From Rhodocyclaceae bacterium (GTDB lineage Bacteria > Pseudomonadota > Gammaproteobacteria > Burkholderiales > Ga0077523), in contig JADCHQ010000017.1 in the NCBI GenBank assembly GCA_020248405.1, forward strand, positions 5,734-69,733: DNA of 64,000 bases, written 5' to 3'. The translations under genes were made by a program, and so were the position numbers. How positions within the stretch are numbered: the stretch's first letter is position 1; every line of letters starts with the position of its first letter. Below the pieces are notes generated by a model, which had not been told where the DNA came from, did not search any database, and saw only the letters and a list, made by a program, of their open reading frames with translations. Shown in pieces: positions 54,940 to 64,000 of this stretch.

Positions 54940-55938
54940 ATGCTCTCTAACGCATCCATACTCATCACCGGCGGAACGGGCTCGTTCGGCAAGGCCTTTG
55001 TCCCAATGACACTCGCCAAGTACAACCCTGCGAGGCTGGTGGTGTTTTCACGCGATGAAATGAAGCAATGGGACATGCAGCAGCAGTTCCAGGGCGACCG
55101 GCGCGTATTTTTCATGATCGGGGATGTGCGCGACCGTGCGCAGTTAGGCCGTGCCCTTGACGGCATCGACTACGTAGTTCACGCAGCCGCGACGAAGATA
55201 GTGCCCACGGCCGAGTACAACCCCTTCGAGTGTGTCAAGACCAACATCATCGGTGCAATGAACCTAATCGATGCCTGCATCGACCACGGCATCAAGCGCG
55301 TTGTCGCGCTGTCCACGGACAAGGCGTCCAACCCAATCAACTTATATGGGGCCACCAAGCTGGCGTCTGACAAACTGTTCGTCGCCGCCAATGGCTATGC
55401 TGGTACCCACGACACGCGATTTTCGGTGGTGCGCTACGGTAACGTGATGGGATCCCGCGGGTCGGTCATTCCTTTTTTCATGTCCTTGGCGGCGAGCGGT
55501 TCCCTGCCAATTACAGACACTCGTATGACGCGGTTCATGATCTCGCTGGAGCAGGGCGTAGAGCTCGTGTGGCACGCCTTTGAGGATATGCGGGGCGGAG
55601 AGATCTACGTCAAGAAGATTCCGTCCATGAATATCGTCGACATCGCGAGAGCCGTTGCGCCAGACGCCCAGCACAGAATCATCGGCATTCGCCCTGGCGA
55701 GAAGATCCATGAGCAAATGATCGGCCTCGAGGATGCGCCGTATACCTATGCTTACCAGGATCATTTCAAGATACTTCCGATGATTCACGACTGGTCGACG
55801 GATCCCTTGCGGATAAAGGGCGGCGCGAAGGTGTCGCCTGGATTCACTTACACATCGGATAACAACACCGAGTGGATGTCGGTACGCGCGCTCCAGGAGT
55901 GGATTGTCGCCAATCGGCTGAAGATCGGAATGGCCTGA
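54940..55938 (+). CDS. pseB: UDP-GlcNAc 4,6-dehydratase (inverting), PseB/FlaA1 type
   Basis: TGGTGSFG, SRDEMKQ, VPTAEYNP, STDKA, YGATK, RYGNVMGSRGSV, GIRPGEK. Confidence 0.88.
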   Translation: MLSNASILITGGTGSFGKAFVPMTLAKYNPARLVVFSRDEMKQWDMQQQFQGDRRVFFMIGDVRDRAQLGRALDGIDYVVHAAATKIVPTAEYNPFECVKTNIIGAMNLIDACIDHGIKRVVALSTDKASNPINLYGATKLASDKLFVAANGYAGTHDTRFSVVRYGNVMGSRGSVIPFFMSLAASGSLPITDTRMTRFMISLEQGVELVWHAFEDMRGGEIYVKKIPSMNIVDIARAVAPDAQHRIIGIRPGEKIHEQMIGLEDAPYTYAYQDHFKILPMIHDWSTDPLRIKGGAKVSPGFTYTSDNNTEWMSVRALQEWIVANRLKIGMA

Positions 55939-55944
55939 GGCGCC

Positions 55945-56859
55945 GTGAAGCCATCGATGCTGATCACGGGCGGGTCCGGGCTACTGGGCACGCGCTGGGC
56001 GTTGCAGATGCGCGACCGCTTCGAGATCACGCTCGGTCTTCACAAGCGCCAGACGGTCGTGCCTGGAGTTGGGGCGGAGTCGATCGCACTGGAGTCGACG
56101 GCGGCGGTGGCACGGTCGCTCGAGCGGCTCGGTGTAGAGGTTGTGGTCCATGCGGCGGCGCTGACAAGCGTGGAGGCCTGCGAAGCTGATCCCGCGTTGG
56201 CTTTTCGGGTTAACGCCAAGATGGCGGGAAACGTAGCGCGAGCTTGCGCGCTTTGTGGGGCGAAATTGATTCACATCTCGACGGACCACTTGTTCTCGGG
56301 AGAGGTCCCGCTACAGCCCGAGACCGCGCCCGTCGAGCCGTTGAACTGCTACGCGCGCACCAAGGCGGAGGGTGAGGCGCAGGCACTCGACGCCTGTCCG
56401 GGTGCCTTGGTGCTTCGCACCAACTTTTTCGGGTGGGGGCTTTCCTATCGACAGTCTTTTTCTGATCGGATCCTTGCAGCATTGCGCGCCGGCCAGTCGA
56501 TTGGCCTTTTCACTGATGTTTTTTTTACCCCGATTCTCATGGCAAGGCTCATTGAGGCGGCGCACGAGCTTTACGAGAAGAACCAGAGTGGCGTGTTCAA
56601 CTTGGTAGGCGACGAGCGGCTCTCCAAGTACGACTTCGGAGTTAGGCTGGCACAGCGCGTCGGGCTTGATCCGAGCCCCATCGTTCGCGTCAGGTTCAGG
56701 GATCGAGGTGACCTGGTCAGGCGCCCTTTCGATCTCAGCCTGAGCAATCGGAAGGCTTGCAGTATTCTGGGACGAGGCCTTGGTGATGTGGATGCGCAGA
56801 TTGCCGGCCTGGTGGCTGAAGCAGCCGCTGCCGCGGGCATGGCTGCGGCGCGTGCATAG
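55945..56859 (+). CDS. RmlD-like NDP-4-keto-sugar reductase (extended SDR)
   Basis: TGGSGLLG, HISTD, YARTK. Confidence 0.82.
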   Translation: MKPSMLITGGSGLLGTRWALQMRDRFEITLGLHKRQTVVPGVGAESIALESTAAVARSLERLGVEVVVHAAALTSVEACEADPALAFRVNAKMAGNVARACALCGAKLIHISTDHLFSGEVPLQPETAPVEPLNCYARTKAEGEAQALDACPGALVLRTNFFGWGLSYRQSFSDRILAALRAGQSIGLFTDVFFTPILMARLIEAAHELYEKNQSGVFNLVGDERLSKYDFGVRLAQRVGLDPSPIVRVRFRDRGDLVRRPFDLSLSNRKACSILGRGLGDVDAQIAGLVAEAAAAAGMAAARA

Positions 56860-56910
56860 GGAGCGCGCACCTGTTGCGCGGTTAACAGTTCAGCCATTGA
56901 TCAACTGGAT

Positions 56911-57915
56911 ATGAAGTCAAGCAAAGTACTCATTACCGGGGCCGATGGCTTCATTGGATCCCACCTGACCGAGGCATTAGTACGCGAAGGCTACTCGGTA
57001 CGTGCCTTCACGCAGTACAACTCCTTCAACTCGTGGGGGTGGCTGGACCAGTGCGCGGCTGACGTTGCGGGACACTTCGAGGTTTTTTCAGGGGACGTCC
57101 GGGATCCCCATGGCGTCAAGGAGGCAATGACTGGGTGCGAAGCCGTTTTGCATCTCGCGGCCCTGATCGCAATTCCCTATTCGTATCACTCGCCCGACAC
57201 CTATGTGGACACCAACGTCAAGGGGACGCTGAATGTCTTGCAGGCGGCCCGCGAACTTGGTGTGCGCCGCGTCCTGAACACCTCCACGAGTGAGGTTTAC
57301 GGCACGGCCCGTTTCGTGCCGATCACGGAAGAGCATCCGCTGCAGGGGCAGTCGCCATATTCAGCAACCAAGATCGCCGCCGATCAGCTCGCATTTTCCT
57401 TCTTCGCGTCCTTTGGCCTCCCCGTGGTGATCGTGCGCCCCTTCAATACTTATGGGCCGCGGCAATCGGCGCGTGCCGTCATCCCGTCCGTCATCACTCA
57501 GATCGCAAGCGGCAGGCGCCGGATCCAGCTGGGGGCGACGTCTCCCACCCGCGACTTCAACTTTGTCGCCGATACGGTGTCCGGTTTCGCGGCCGCGCTG
57601 CGGTCGGACGCGGGACTGGGCGAGGTTGTGAATTTCGGCAGCAACTTCGAGATTTCAGTGGGCGACACGGTTTCGCTTATCGGCGAGGCCATGGGCGTTG
57701 ACATTGAAGTGGTCACCGACGAAGCGCGCATGCGGCCGGAGGCATCGGAGGTGCACCGGCTCTGGGCCGACAATAGCAAGGCGCTGCGTCTATTTGGATG
57801 GCAGCCTGGGTATGGTGGTCGTGAGGGCTTGAAACGCGGGCTGGCGGAGACGGCGTCGTGGTTCCAGAAGCCCGAGAACCTCCGCGGCTACAAATCCAAC
57901 ATCTACAACGTGTAA
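56911..57915 (+). CDS. legB: LegB-type NDP-GlcNAc 4,6-dehydratase
   Basis: TGADGFIGSHL, YNSFNSWGWLD, LAALIAIPYSY, QSPYSATK. Confidence 0.85.
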   Translation: MKSSKVLITGADGFIGSHLTEALVREGYSVRAFTQYNSFNSWGWLDQCAADVAGHFEVFSGDVRDPHGVKEAMTGCEAVLHLAALIAIPYSYHSPDTYVDTNVKGTLNVLQAARELGVRRVLNTSTSEVYGTARFVPITEEHPLQGQSPYSATKIAADQLAFSFFASFGLPVVIVRPFNTYGPRQSARAVIPSVITQIASGRRRIQLGATSPTRDFNFVADTVSGFAAALRSDAGLGEVVNFGSNFEISVGDTVSLIGEAMGVDIEVVTDEARMRPEASEVHRLWADNSKALRLFGWQPGYGGREGLKRGLAETASWFQKPENLRGYKSNIYNV

Positions 57916-59100
57916 GTGGTGAAGACCAATCCCGACCTTGTAGTTCAATCGATCGCCGCCGTCCGCAGCGTGGTCGGGGCTCAGCCGGCCGCCCTTCATG
58001 AGCCGCGTTTCGCAGGCCGGGAGTGGCAGTACGTGAAGGAATGTATCGATTCGACGTTTGTCTCTTCGGTGGGCCGCTTCGTCGATCTCTTCGAGGCGCA
58101 ACTGGCGGAATACACGGGCGCTCGCCATGTGGTGGCGGTGGTCAACGGTACGGCAGCGCTGCATGTCGCGCTGCGGTTGGCGGGGGTCATTGCTGGCGAC
58201 GAGGTGCTCGTTCCAGCCCTGACCTTCATCGCGACCGCCAACGCAGTCAGCTACTGTGGTGCGACGCCGCACTTCGTCGACAGCGAGGCAGCGTCTCTGG
58301 GCGTTGACCCGATTGCCTTGCGGGAATATCTGACCCGTACGACGGAGCAAAGGCTAGGTGTACGGGTGAATAAAGCCACCGGCAGGATCATCCGCGCGCT
58401 GGTGCCAATGCACACGTTCGGCCATCCCGCGCCCATGGCGGAGCTGCTTGGCCTGGCGCGGGACTTCGGGCTGGCGCTGGTCGAAGACGCCGCGGAGTCG
58501 CTCGGAAGCTACTACGGAGACCAACACACGGGCACGCTCGGCGTGCTCGGAACCTTGAGTTTCAATGGCAACAAGACCATCACGACTGGTGGTGGCGGTG
58601 CCATCCTGACGAACGATAGCGCGCTCGCCGCAAGGGCCAAGCACCTCACCACCACCGCCAAGCTGCCGCATGGCTGGCAATACGTGCACGATGAAGTTGG
58701 CTACAACTACCGCCTTCCAAATCTCAACGCGGCGCTCGGGTGCGCACAGCTTGAACAGTTGCCGGCCTTCATCGAAGCAAAGCGTGCTTTGTACTCGCGC
58801 TACGCGGCCGCGTTTGGTGGCGTTTCCGGCGTGGCGATACAGCGCGAGCCCGGGGGCTGCCGCAGCAACTACTGGCTCCAGACACTGGTGCTTGATGAGG
58901 CAAATGCGTCGCATCATGACTCCCTTCTTCAAGGGCTCAACCAGGCGGGTTTCATGAGCCGGCCCTCATGGACGCCCATGCACCAACTCATGCCCTACGA
59001 ACATTGCCCGCGCATGCCTCTGCCGGTGGCGGAAAGCCTGGCTGCGCGCATGATCAATATCCCGAGCAGCGCTGGCCTTTGCGCCCCGGGGAAAGCATGA
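57916..59100 (+). CDS. legC: LegC-type PLP aminotransferase (DegT family)
   Basis: LHEPRF, FVSSVG, EDAAESLGS, SFNGNKTITTGGGG. Confidence 0.88.
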   Translation: MVKTNPDLVVQSIAAVRSVVGAQPAALHEPRFAGREWQYVKECIDSTFVSSVGRFVDLFEAQLAEYTGARHVVAVVNGTAALHVALRLAGVIAGDEVLVPALTFIATANAVSYCGATPHFVDSEAASLGVDPIALREYLTRTTEQRLGVRVNKATGRIIRALVPMHTFGHPAPMAELLGLARDFGLALVEDAAESLGSYYGDQHTGTLGVLGTLSFNGNKTITTGGGGAILTNDSALAARAKHLTTTAKLPHGWQYVHDEVGYNYRLPNLNAALGCAQLEQLPAFIEAKRALYSRYAAAFGGVSGVAIQREPGGCRSNYWLQTLVLDEANASHHDSLLQGLNQAGFMSRPSWTPMHQLMPYEHCPRMPLPVAESLAARMINIPSSAGLCAPGKA

Positions 59101-59723
59101 AGGACATCGTGCTGATCGGCGCGGGCGGACACGCCGCCTCATGCATCGATGTCATCGAAGCCGAGGGCCGTTTTCGTATTGTTGGGCTGGTGGGTACCGA
59201 GTCTGAACTGCACCAGCGCGTGTGCGGTTATGAGGTGATAGCCACCGATGGGGAATTGAGGCGACTGGCAGGGGAGTATCGATTTGCCCTGATAACGGTG
59301 GGTCACATCAAGTCAGTGCAGACACGTGTTCGCATGTATGAAGCGGCTCTGCAAGCGGGGTTCGAGCTGCCAGTGGTCGTGTCGCCGAAAGCCCACGTTT
59401 CTGCCCATGCCAGGATCGGAGCCGGAACCATTGTCATGTTCGGTGCCCTTGTCAACGCTAACGCGCGAGTTGGTGTGAATTGCATCATCAATAGCCGCGC
59501 CCTTGTTGAGCACGGAGCCGAAGTCGGTGCGCATTGTCACGTTGCGACGGGTGCCATTCTCAACGGCGACCTGCGCCTCGGAGCGGCCAGCTTCGTCGGG
59601 AGCGGTTCGGTGACCAAGCAAGGGGTTGCCATTGGCACCGGCTGCGTGGTGGGTGTCGGCTCAGTAGTGCGGCACGATCTTGCAGATGGTGTCACTTACT
59701 GGGGCCCGGGCTGCAATGGATAA
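59097..59723 (+). CDS. NeuD/PglD-family hexapeptide acetyltransferase
   Basis: IGAGGHA; hexapeptide repeats with VEH; ATGA overlap. Confidence 0.88.
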   Translation: MKDIVLIGAGGHAASCIDVIEAEGRFRIVGLVGTESELHQRVCGYEVIATDGELRRLAGEYRFALITVGHIKSVQTRVRMYEAALQAGFELPVVVSPKAHVSAHARIGAGTIVMFGALVNANARVGVNCIINSRALVEHGAEVGAHCHVATGAILNGDLRLGAASFVGSGSVTKQGVAIGTGCVVGVGSVVRHDLADGVTYWGPGCNG

Positions 59724-60720
59724 GGTGCTGATCATTGCCGAGGCAGGCGTCAATCACAACGGCGACATAGATGCGGCCAAGCGCCTGGTCGAGGCCGCTG
59801 CGGCAGCCGGCGCGGACATCGTCAAGTTCCAAACCTTCCGCGCCGATTTGCTCGTCACCCGGTCGGCGGCCAAGGCCGACTACCAGGTCGTATCTACTGG
59901 TTCCGGCGAGTCACAGTACGAAATGCTGCAGCGGCTCGAGCTCAACCCCGAGGCGCACGACATATTGATCGCGCACTGCGCGGCGCACGGCATCGAGTTC
60001 ATGTCCACCGCGTTTGATGAAGAAAGCGTCACCCTCCTGGCCCGTCGCGGCATGAGGCGCTTCAAGATCCCGTCAGGAGAGCTCACCAATCTTCCCTACC
60101 TTCGCTCCGTGGCCGGGGTTGCGGACGAGGTCATCATTTCCACCGGAATGGCGACCATGGACGAGATTGCCGCTGCCATCGCTGTTTTCGAAAAGGCGGG
60201 CATCTCCCGTGGCCGCCTCTGCGTGCTGCATTGCACGACGGACTACCCCGCGGCCATGGCTGATGTCAATCTGCGTGCGATGCAGACCATCGGAACCAGC
60301 TTCGGCGTCCGCGTAGGCTACTCGGACCACACCTTAGGCATCGAGATCCCAGTGGCTGCCGTTGCGCTTGGCGCTTGCGTCATCGAGAAACACTTCACGC
60401 TGGATAAGACCCTTCCAGGTCCGGATCACAAGGCAAGCCTTGAACCGGACCAGCTTTCAGCCATGGTGGCAGCCGTGCGCAATGTAGAAAAAGCGTTGGG
60501 CGATGGTGTGAAGCGCCCTAGCGCCGCCGAGCTCCGGAATGTTCCGATCGTCAGGAAATCCCTGGTTGCGATCCGCCCCATTCAGGCCGGAGAGCAGTTC
60601 AGCCTGGAGAATATCGCTGCCAAGCGGCCCGGAACGGGTGTTTCACCGATGCGTCTGGACGATGTGCTCGGTAGGCGGGCGCCGCGGCGCTTTGCGCCGG
60701 AAGAGTTGATCGAGTTATGA
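59716..60720 (+). CDS. neuB: Nonulosonic acid synthase (NeuB/LegI)
   Basis: IIAEAGVNHNG, VKFQT, GYSDHT, IEKHFTLD, SAF domain KRPGTG. Confidence 0.93.
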   Translation: MDKVLIIAEAGVNHNGDIDAAKRLVEAAAAAGADIVKFQTFRADLLVTRSAAKADYQVVSTGSGESQYEMLQRLELNPEAHDILIAHCAAHGIEFMSTAFDEESVTLLARRGMRRFKIPSGELTNLPYLRSVAGVADEVIISTGMATMDEIAAAIAVFEKAGISRGRLCVLHCTTDYPAAMADVNLRAMQTIGTSFGVRVGYSDHTLGIEIPVAAVALGACVIEKHFTLDKTLPGPDHKASLEPDQLSAMVAAVRNVEKALGDGVKRPSAAELRNVPIVRKSLVAIRPIQAGEQFSLENIAAKRPGTGVSPMRLDDVLGRRAPRRFAPEELIEL

Positions 60721-61898
60721 GTCGCAGTATTTGCGTCATCACGGGTACGCGTGCCGAGTACGGCCTGCTGCGTGGAGTGCTTGAGGGCGTTCAGGCTGAT
60801 CCTCTGCTCGAGCTGCAGATCGTGGCCACGGGCATGCATCTTTCGCCGGAGTTCGGCCTGACGTATCGCGAGATTGAGGCGGACGGTTTCCGTATTGATC
60901 GCAAGGTGGAGATTCTGCTCAGCTCGGACACTCCGGTCGGGGTCGGGACTTCCATCGGGCTTGCCGTCATCGGGTTCACCGCCGCGATCAATGAACTGAA
61001 GCCGGACGTGGTGTTGGTGCTTGGCGATCGATTCGAGATCCTGGCTGCTGCCGCGGCCGCTCTGGTCGCTGGGGTGCCTGTCGCCCATGTGCATGGAGGG
61101 GAGATCACGGAAGGCGCGGTCGACGATGCCATGCGCCATGCCATCACCAAAATGGCGCACCTTCACTTCGTGGCGGCGGAACCCTATCGGCGGCGAGTCA
61201 TTCAGATGGGCGAGCAACCCGAACGGGTGTACTGCGTAGGCGGGCTGGGCGTGGACGCAATCGCGCGAGTGGCACTCATGGACCGCCCAGAGCTTGAAGG
61301 CGCCATTGGCCATGGCCTGATGCACCGCAACCTGCTGATCACTTTTCACCCAGAGACGGTGAATCACTCGAGCTCCGCTGCCCAGATGAAGGAACTCCTT
61401 GCGGCCCTCGACGCCCTGACGGACATCGGGTTGATCTTCACCTTTCCCAACGCTGACGCGGGTGGTCGCGAACTGATCATGATGATTCAGGAATTTGCCA
61501 AAGACCGCCCGAACGTTCACGTGCACACCTCGCTCGGGCTGCGCCGTTATCTTTCTTGCATAGCTCTGTGCGACGGGGTCGTCGGCAATTCGTCGAGCGG
61601 GTTGCTGGAGGCACCTTCCCTGCGCAGGGGGGCCGTGAATATCGGTGATCGGCAAAAAGGCCGTCTTCAGGCTGAAAGCGTTATCAATTGCCGCCCTGCG
61701 CGTGCCGAGATTTCGGCCGCCATACGCAAATTGCTAAGCCCGGAGTTTTCGAGGCAGGCGCAAATGGTACGAAATCCCTACGGCGAAGCTGGCGCGAGCG
61801 CGCGCATCGTTGAAGTGCTGAAACAGGTTGAATTGCGCAGCCTGTCGCGCAAGATTTTCCACGACCTGGCGGCCGGTGGAAGTGGGGTGACACCGTGA
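60717..61898 (+). CDS. neuC: Hydrolysing NDP-sugar 2-epimerase (NeuC/LegG)
   Basis: TGTRAEYG, GMHLSPEFG, LGDRFE, HGGE, GNSSSG. Confidence 0.93.
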   Translation: MSRSICVITGTRAEYGLLRGVLEGVQADPLLELQIVATGMHLSPEFGLTYREIEADGFRIDRKVEILLSSDTPVGVGTSIGLAVIGFTAAINELKPDVVLVLGDRFEILAAAAAALVAGVPVAHVHGGEITEGAVDDAMRHAITKMAHLHFVAAEPYRRRVIQMGEQPERVYCVGGLGVDAIARVALMDRPELEGAIGHGLMHRNLLITFHPETVNHSSSAAQMKELLAALDALTDIGLIFTFPNADAGGRELIMMIQEFAKDRPNVHVHTSLGLRRYLSCIALCDGVVGNSSSGLLEAPSLRRGAVNIGDRQKGRLQAESVINCRPARAEISAAIRKLLSPEFSRQAQMVRNPYGEAGASARIVEVLKQVELRSLSRKIFHDLAAGGSGVTP

Positions 61899-62968
61899 TC
61901 GTGGCTGAGAGCGTATGGCGGAAGACCGTTTTGCCGCCAGCGGCCAACCTCAAACAGGCGATCGCCAGGCTCAACGAAACAGGTCTTCAGATCATCCTGG
62001 TTCTTGACGAAAGGGATGGTTTGCTGGGCACCGTTACTGACGGAGACATACGCCGGGCATTGTTGAAGGACATCGCGCTGGACGCCCCCGTCAGCCATGT
62101 GATGCGGGTCAACTCTCTGGTGGTACCGCCAGACGTCAGCCGTGAACTTGTCGTGCAGCTGATGCGGGCTAACCGGTTCAGACATCTTCCTGTGGTGGAC
62201 GCCTCCCATCGTGTCATAGGGCTTCATCTATGGGACGACATCCTGGTTCAGGAAGCGCGCGCGAATCTGATGGTCATCATGGCAGGCGGACTGGGCACAC
62301 GCCTTCGACCGCATACCGAGAATTGTCCGAAGCCCATGCTACCTGTGGCGGGCAAGCCGATGATGGAGCACATCATCGAACGAGCCAAGGGAGAAGGATT
62401 CACGCGCTTCGTCGTTGCGGTTCATTACCTGGGTCACATGGTCGAGGACTATTTCGGCCACGGCGATCGGCTTGGTGTGTCGATCGAGTATCTAAGGGAG
62501 ACGACCCCTCTGGGAACAGCGGGCGCGCTCAGCCTAATGACGCCCCACCCGTCCGAGCCTTTTGTGGTGACGAATGGCGATGTGCTTTCGGATATCCGCT
62601 ATGGCGAATTGCTGGAGTTCCACTCGCGCTATGGCGCTTCTGCGACGATGGCCGTACGGCTCTATGAGTGGCAGCATCCGTTCGGCGTGGTGCAGACGGA
62701 GGGGGTGGATATCGTCGGGTTCGAAGAAAAGCCCATCGCCCGCGCGCACATCAACGCAGGTATCTACGCGTTGAGTCCCGACGCGTTGGCTGCCATGGCA
62801 TCCAATCGCCATTGCGACATGCCGATGTTGTTCGAGCAGTTGCATGCCGTTGGGAAGCGCACGGTGGCCTATCCGATGCACGAACCTTGGCTTGATGTTG
62901 GTCGGCCAGATGACTTGCACAAGGCCAACGCTGAAAACAGCCAGCAGGCCCCGGCGCGGGATGAGTAG
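61895..62968 (+). CDS. CBS-domain nucleotidyltransferase (PtmE-like)
   Basis: CBS pair (TDGDIRR), MAGGLGTRL, PKPML, PLGTAG, WLDVG. Confidence 0.88.
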   Translation: MIVAESVWRKTVLPPAANLKQAIARLNETGLQIILVLDERDGLLGTVTDGDIRRALLKDIALDAPVSHVMRVNSLVVPPDVSRELVVQLMRANRFRHLPVVDASHRVIGLHLWDDILVQEARANLMVIMAGGLGTRLRPHTENCPKPMLPVAGKPMMEHIIERAKGEGFTRFVVAVHYLGHMVEDYFGHGDRLGVSIEYLRETTPLGTAGALSLMTPHPSEPFVVTNGDVLSDIRYGELLEFHSRYGASATMAVRLYEWQHPFGVVQTEGVDIVGFEEKPIARAHINAGIYALSPDALAAMASNRHCDMPMLFEQLHAVGKRTVAYPMHEPWLDVGRPDDLHKANAENSQQAPARDE

Positions 62969-63202
62969 TCTTTCTGCCCGCCTGGAGCAGAATCGGTGGA
63001 AGCAGCACGGGGGGAAGTCAGCCTTGGGCGGTTCCCTCGCGCGGGTTGTTTTTTCCGTGCCCTGTCGCACGGCCCTATCCGCGCGACTTGGGGCATCAGA
63101 CATGCGCCATGGAGCGGCGCTGCTTATCGGGAGTTGGTTTCGATATGTGCATCTGCTGCGACGGCTGCCCGTGTGAAGGGGGGGAGGGGGCCTCGTGCCC
63201 GC

Positions 63203-63216
63203 GGGGGGGGGGGGGG
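63203..63216 (+). repeat. G14 homopolymer tract (with G7-A-G5 at 63178-63190)
   Basis: Counted directly; intergenic. Confidence 0.9.
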
Positions 63217-63482
63217 CGCCGCAAGCGCACACGAATGTCGGCTTGACGATGCGCTTGCCGCCATGACATAAACAACCGTGCCTGCAAGGGCGAGTGCCGC
63301 GGCGCGCGTGAAGCGCGGGTTGCTGGGTACGGCGGGGCCCGCTTGTACGCCTGGTCAGGGTATGGGGTTTCCTCGCGTCGCGGTGCAGATTGCAGGTGAG
63401 GTGAAGGGCAGTCTGACGGGCAGCCCACGCGCAACAAACGCGTTTTAAGCGGGCAGATGTTGGGAAACTAGATGTGAGAGCC

Positions 63483-64000
63483 ATGGAAAAAATCCGGTAT
63501 CCAAAGCCCATCGAACTGGCGCCATTCGCCAGGGATAACCCCAAGCCAGCCGCCAAGTACGGTTTGCCGGCGGACGTGGTGTATTGCAAGCGCTGCATCA
63601 TCTCGAACCAGCGTCCTAACTCCGCCGTTGAGTACAAGCACACCAAGGATTCGAAGAAGGCAACAATCCACTTTGATGAGGACGGCGTTTGCGACGCCTG
63701 CCGCTTCGCGGAGCGAAAACACAACTCCATCGACTGGGCGCAACGCGAGGATATGCTCCGGGAGCTATGCGACAGGCATCGCAAGCACGACGGCTCCTAC
63801 GACTGCATCGTGCCGGGATCGGGCGGGAAAGACAGCTTCTTCGCGTCGCACATTCTCAAGACCAAGTACGGCATGCACCCGCTTACGGTTACGTGGGCGC
63901 CCCATGTTTACACGGAATGGGGCTGGAAGAACTTTCAGTCCTGGATACATGCGGGTCACGACAACTACCTCATGACGCCGAACGGGCGCGTCCATCGGCT
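63483..64000 (+). CDS. N-acetyl sugar amidotransferase (PtmG/PseA/WbuX family), runs off window end
   Basis: Not in the ORF track. Manual translation gives MEKIRYP..YCKRCIISNQRP..FDEDGVCDAC..YDCIVPGSGGKDS..GMHPLTVTWAP. Confidence 0.9.
   Translation, partial: MEKIRYPKPIELAPFARDNPKPAAKYGLPADVVYCKRCIISNQRPNSAVEYKHTKDSKKATIHFDEDGVCDACRFAERKHNSIDWAQREDMLRELCDRHRKHDGSYDCIVPGSGGKDSFFASHILKTKYGMHPLTVTWAPHVYTEWGWKNFQSWIHAGHDNYLMTPNGRVHR

Overview
GC-rich chromosomal window, probably betaproteobacterial (Bug/TTT solute-binding proteins, E. coli-type SOS box). Left to right: pdxH 3' end, sulfatase, hydrolase and NSS transporter. Next is a probable low-oxygen block (5.4-16.7 kb) with three FNR/FixK-type palindromes. 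They lie upstream of a phosphoribosyltransferase+hydrolase pair, an acsA-E1alpha-E1beta-E2-ACP-groEL operon (no E3, no groES) and a LonC-like protease. An enolase/Bug/DUF1254/Bug operon follows; the last gene's 3' end is duplicated in decayed form 3.2 kb downstream, enclosing an IS91-family transposase relic and an unknown secreted protein. Then TetR with a divergent small secreted protein; trxC-TPR/2OG oxygenase-RlmN-like genes; GNAT, VOC, LysR and an Acg-type nitroreductase; a lexA-DUF559-imuA-imuB cassette with tandem SOS boxes but no dnaE2; a COG0523 GTPase, fhs, HNH, M48 peptidase, ydcSTUV-patD, an AbrB-Doc toxin-antitoxin pair and copA. From about 53 kb there is a lower-GC glycan locus (ABC flippase, pseB, legionaminic-acid-type genes, a G14 tract, an amidotransferase running off the end). 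No rRNA, tRNA or CRISPR array was seen. All calls come from motif recognition by eye; no searches were run.
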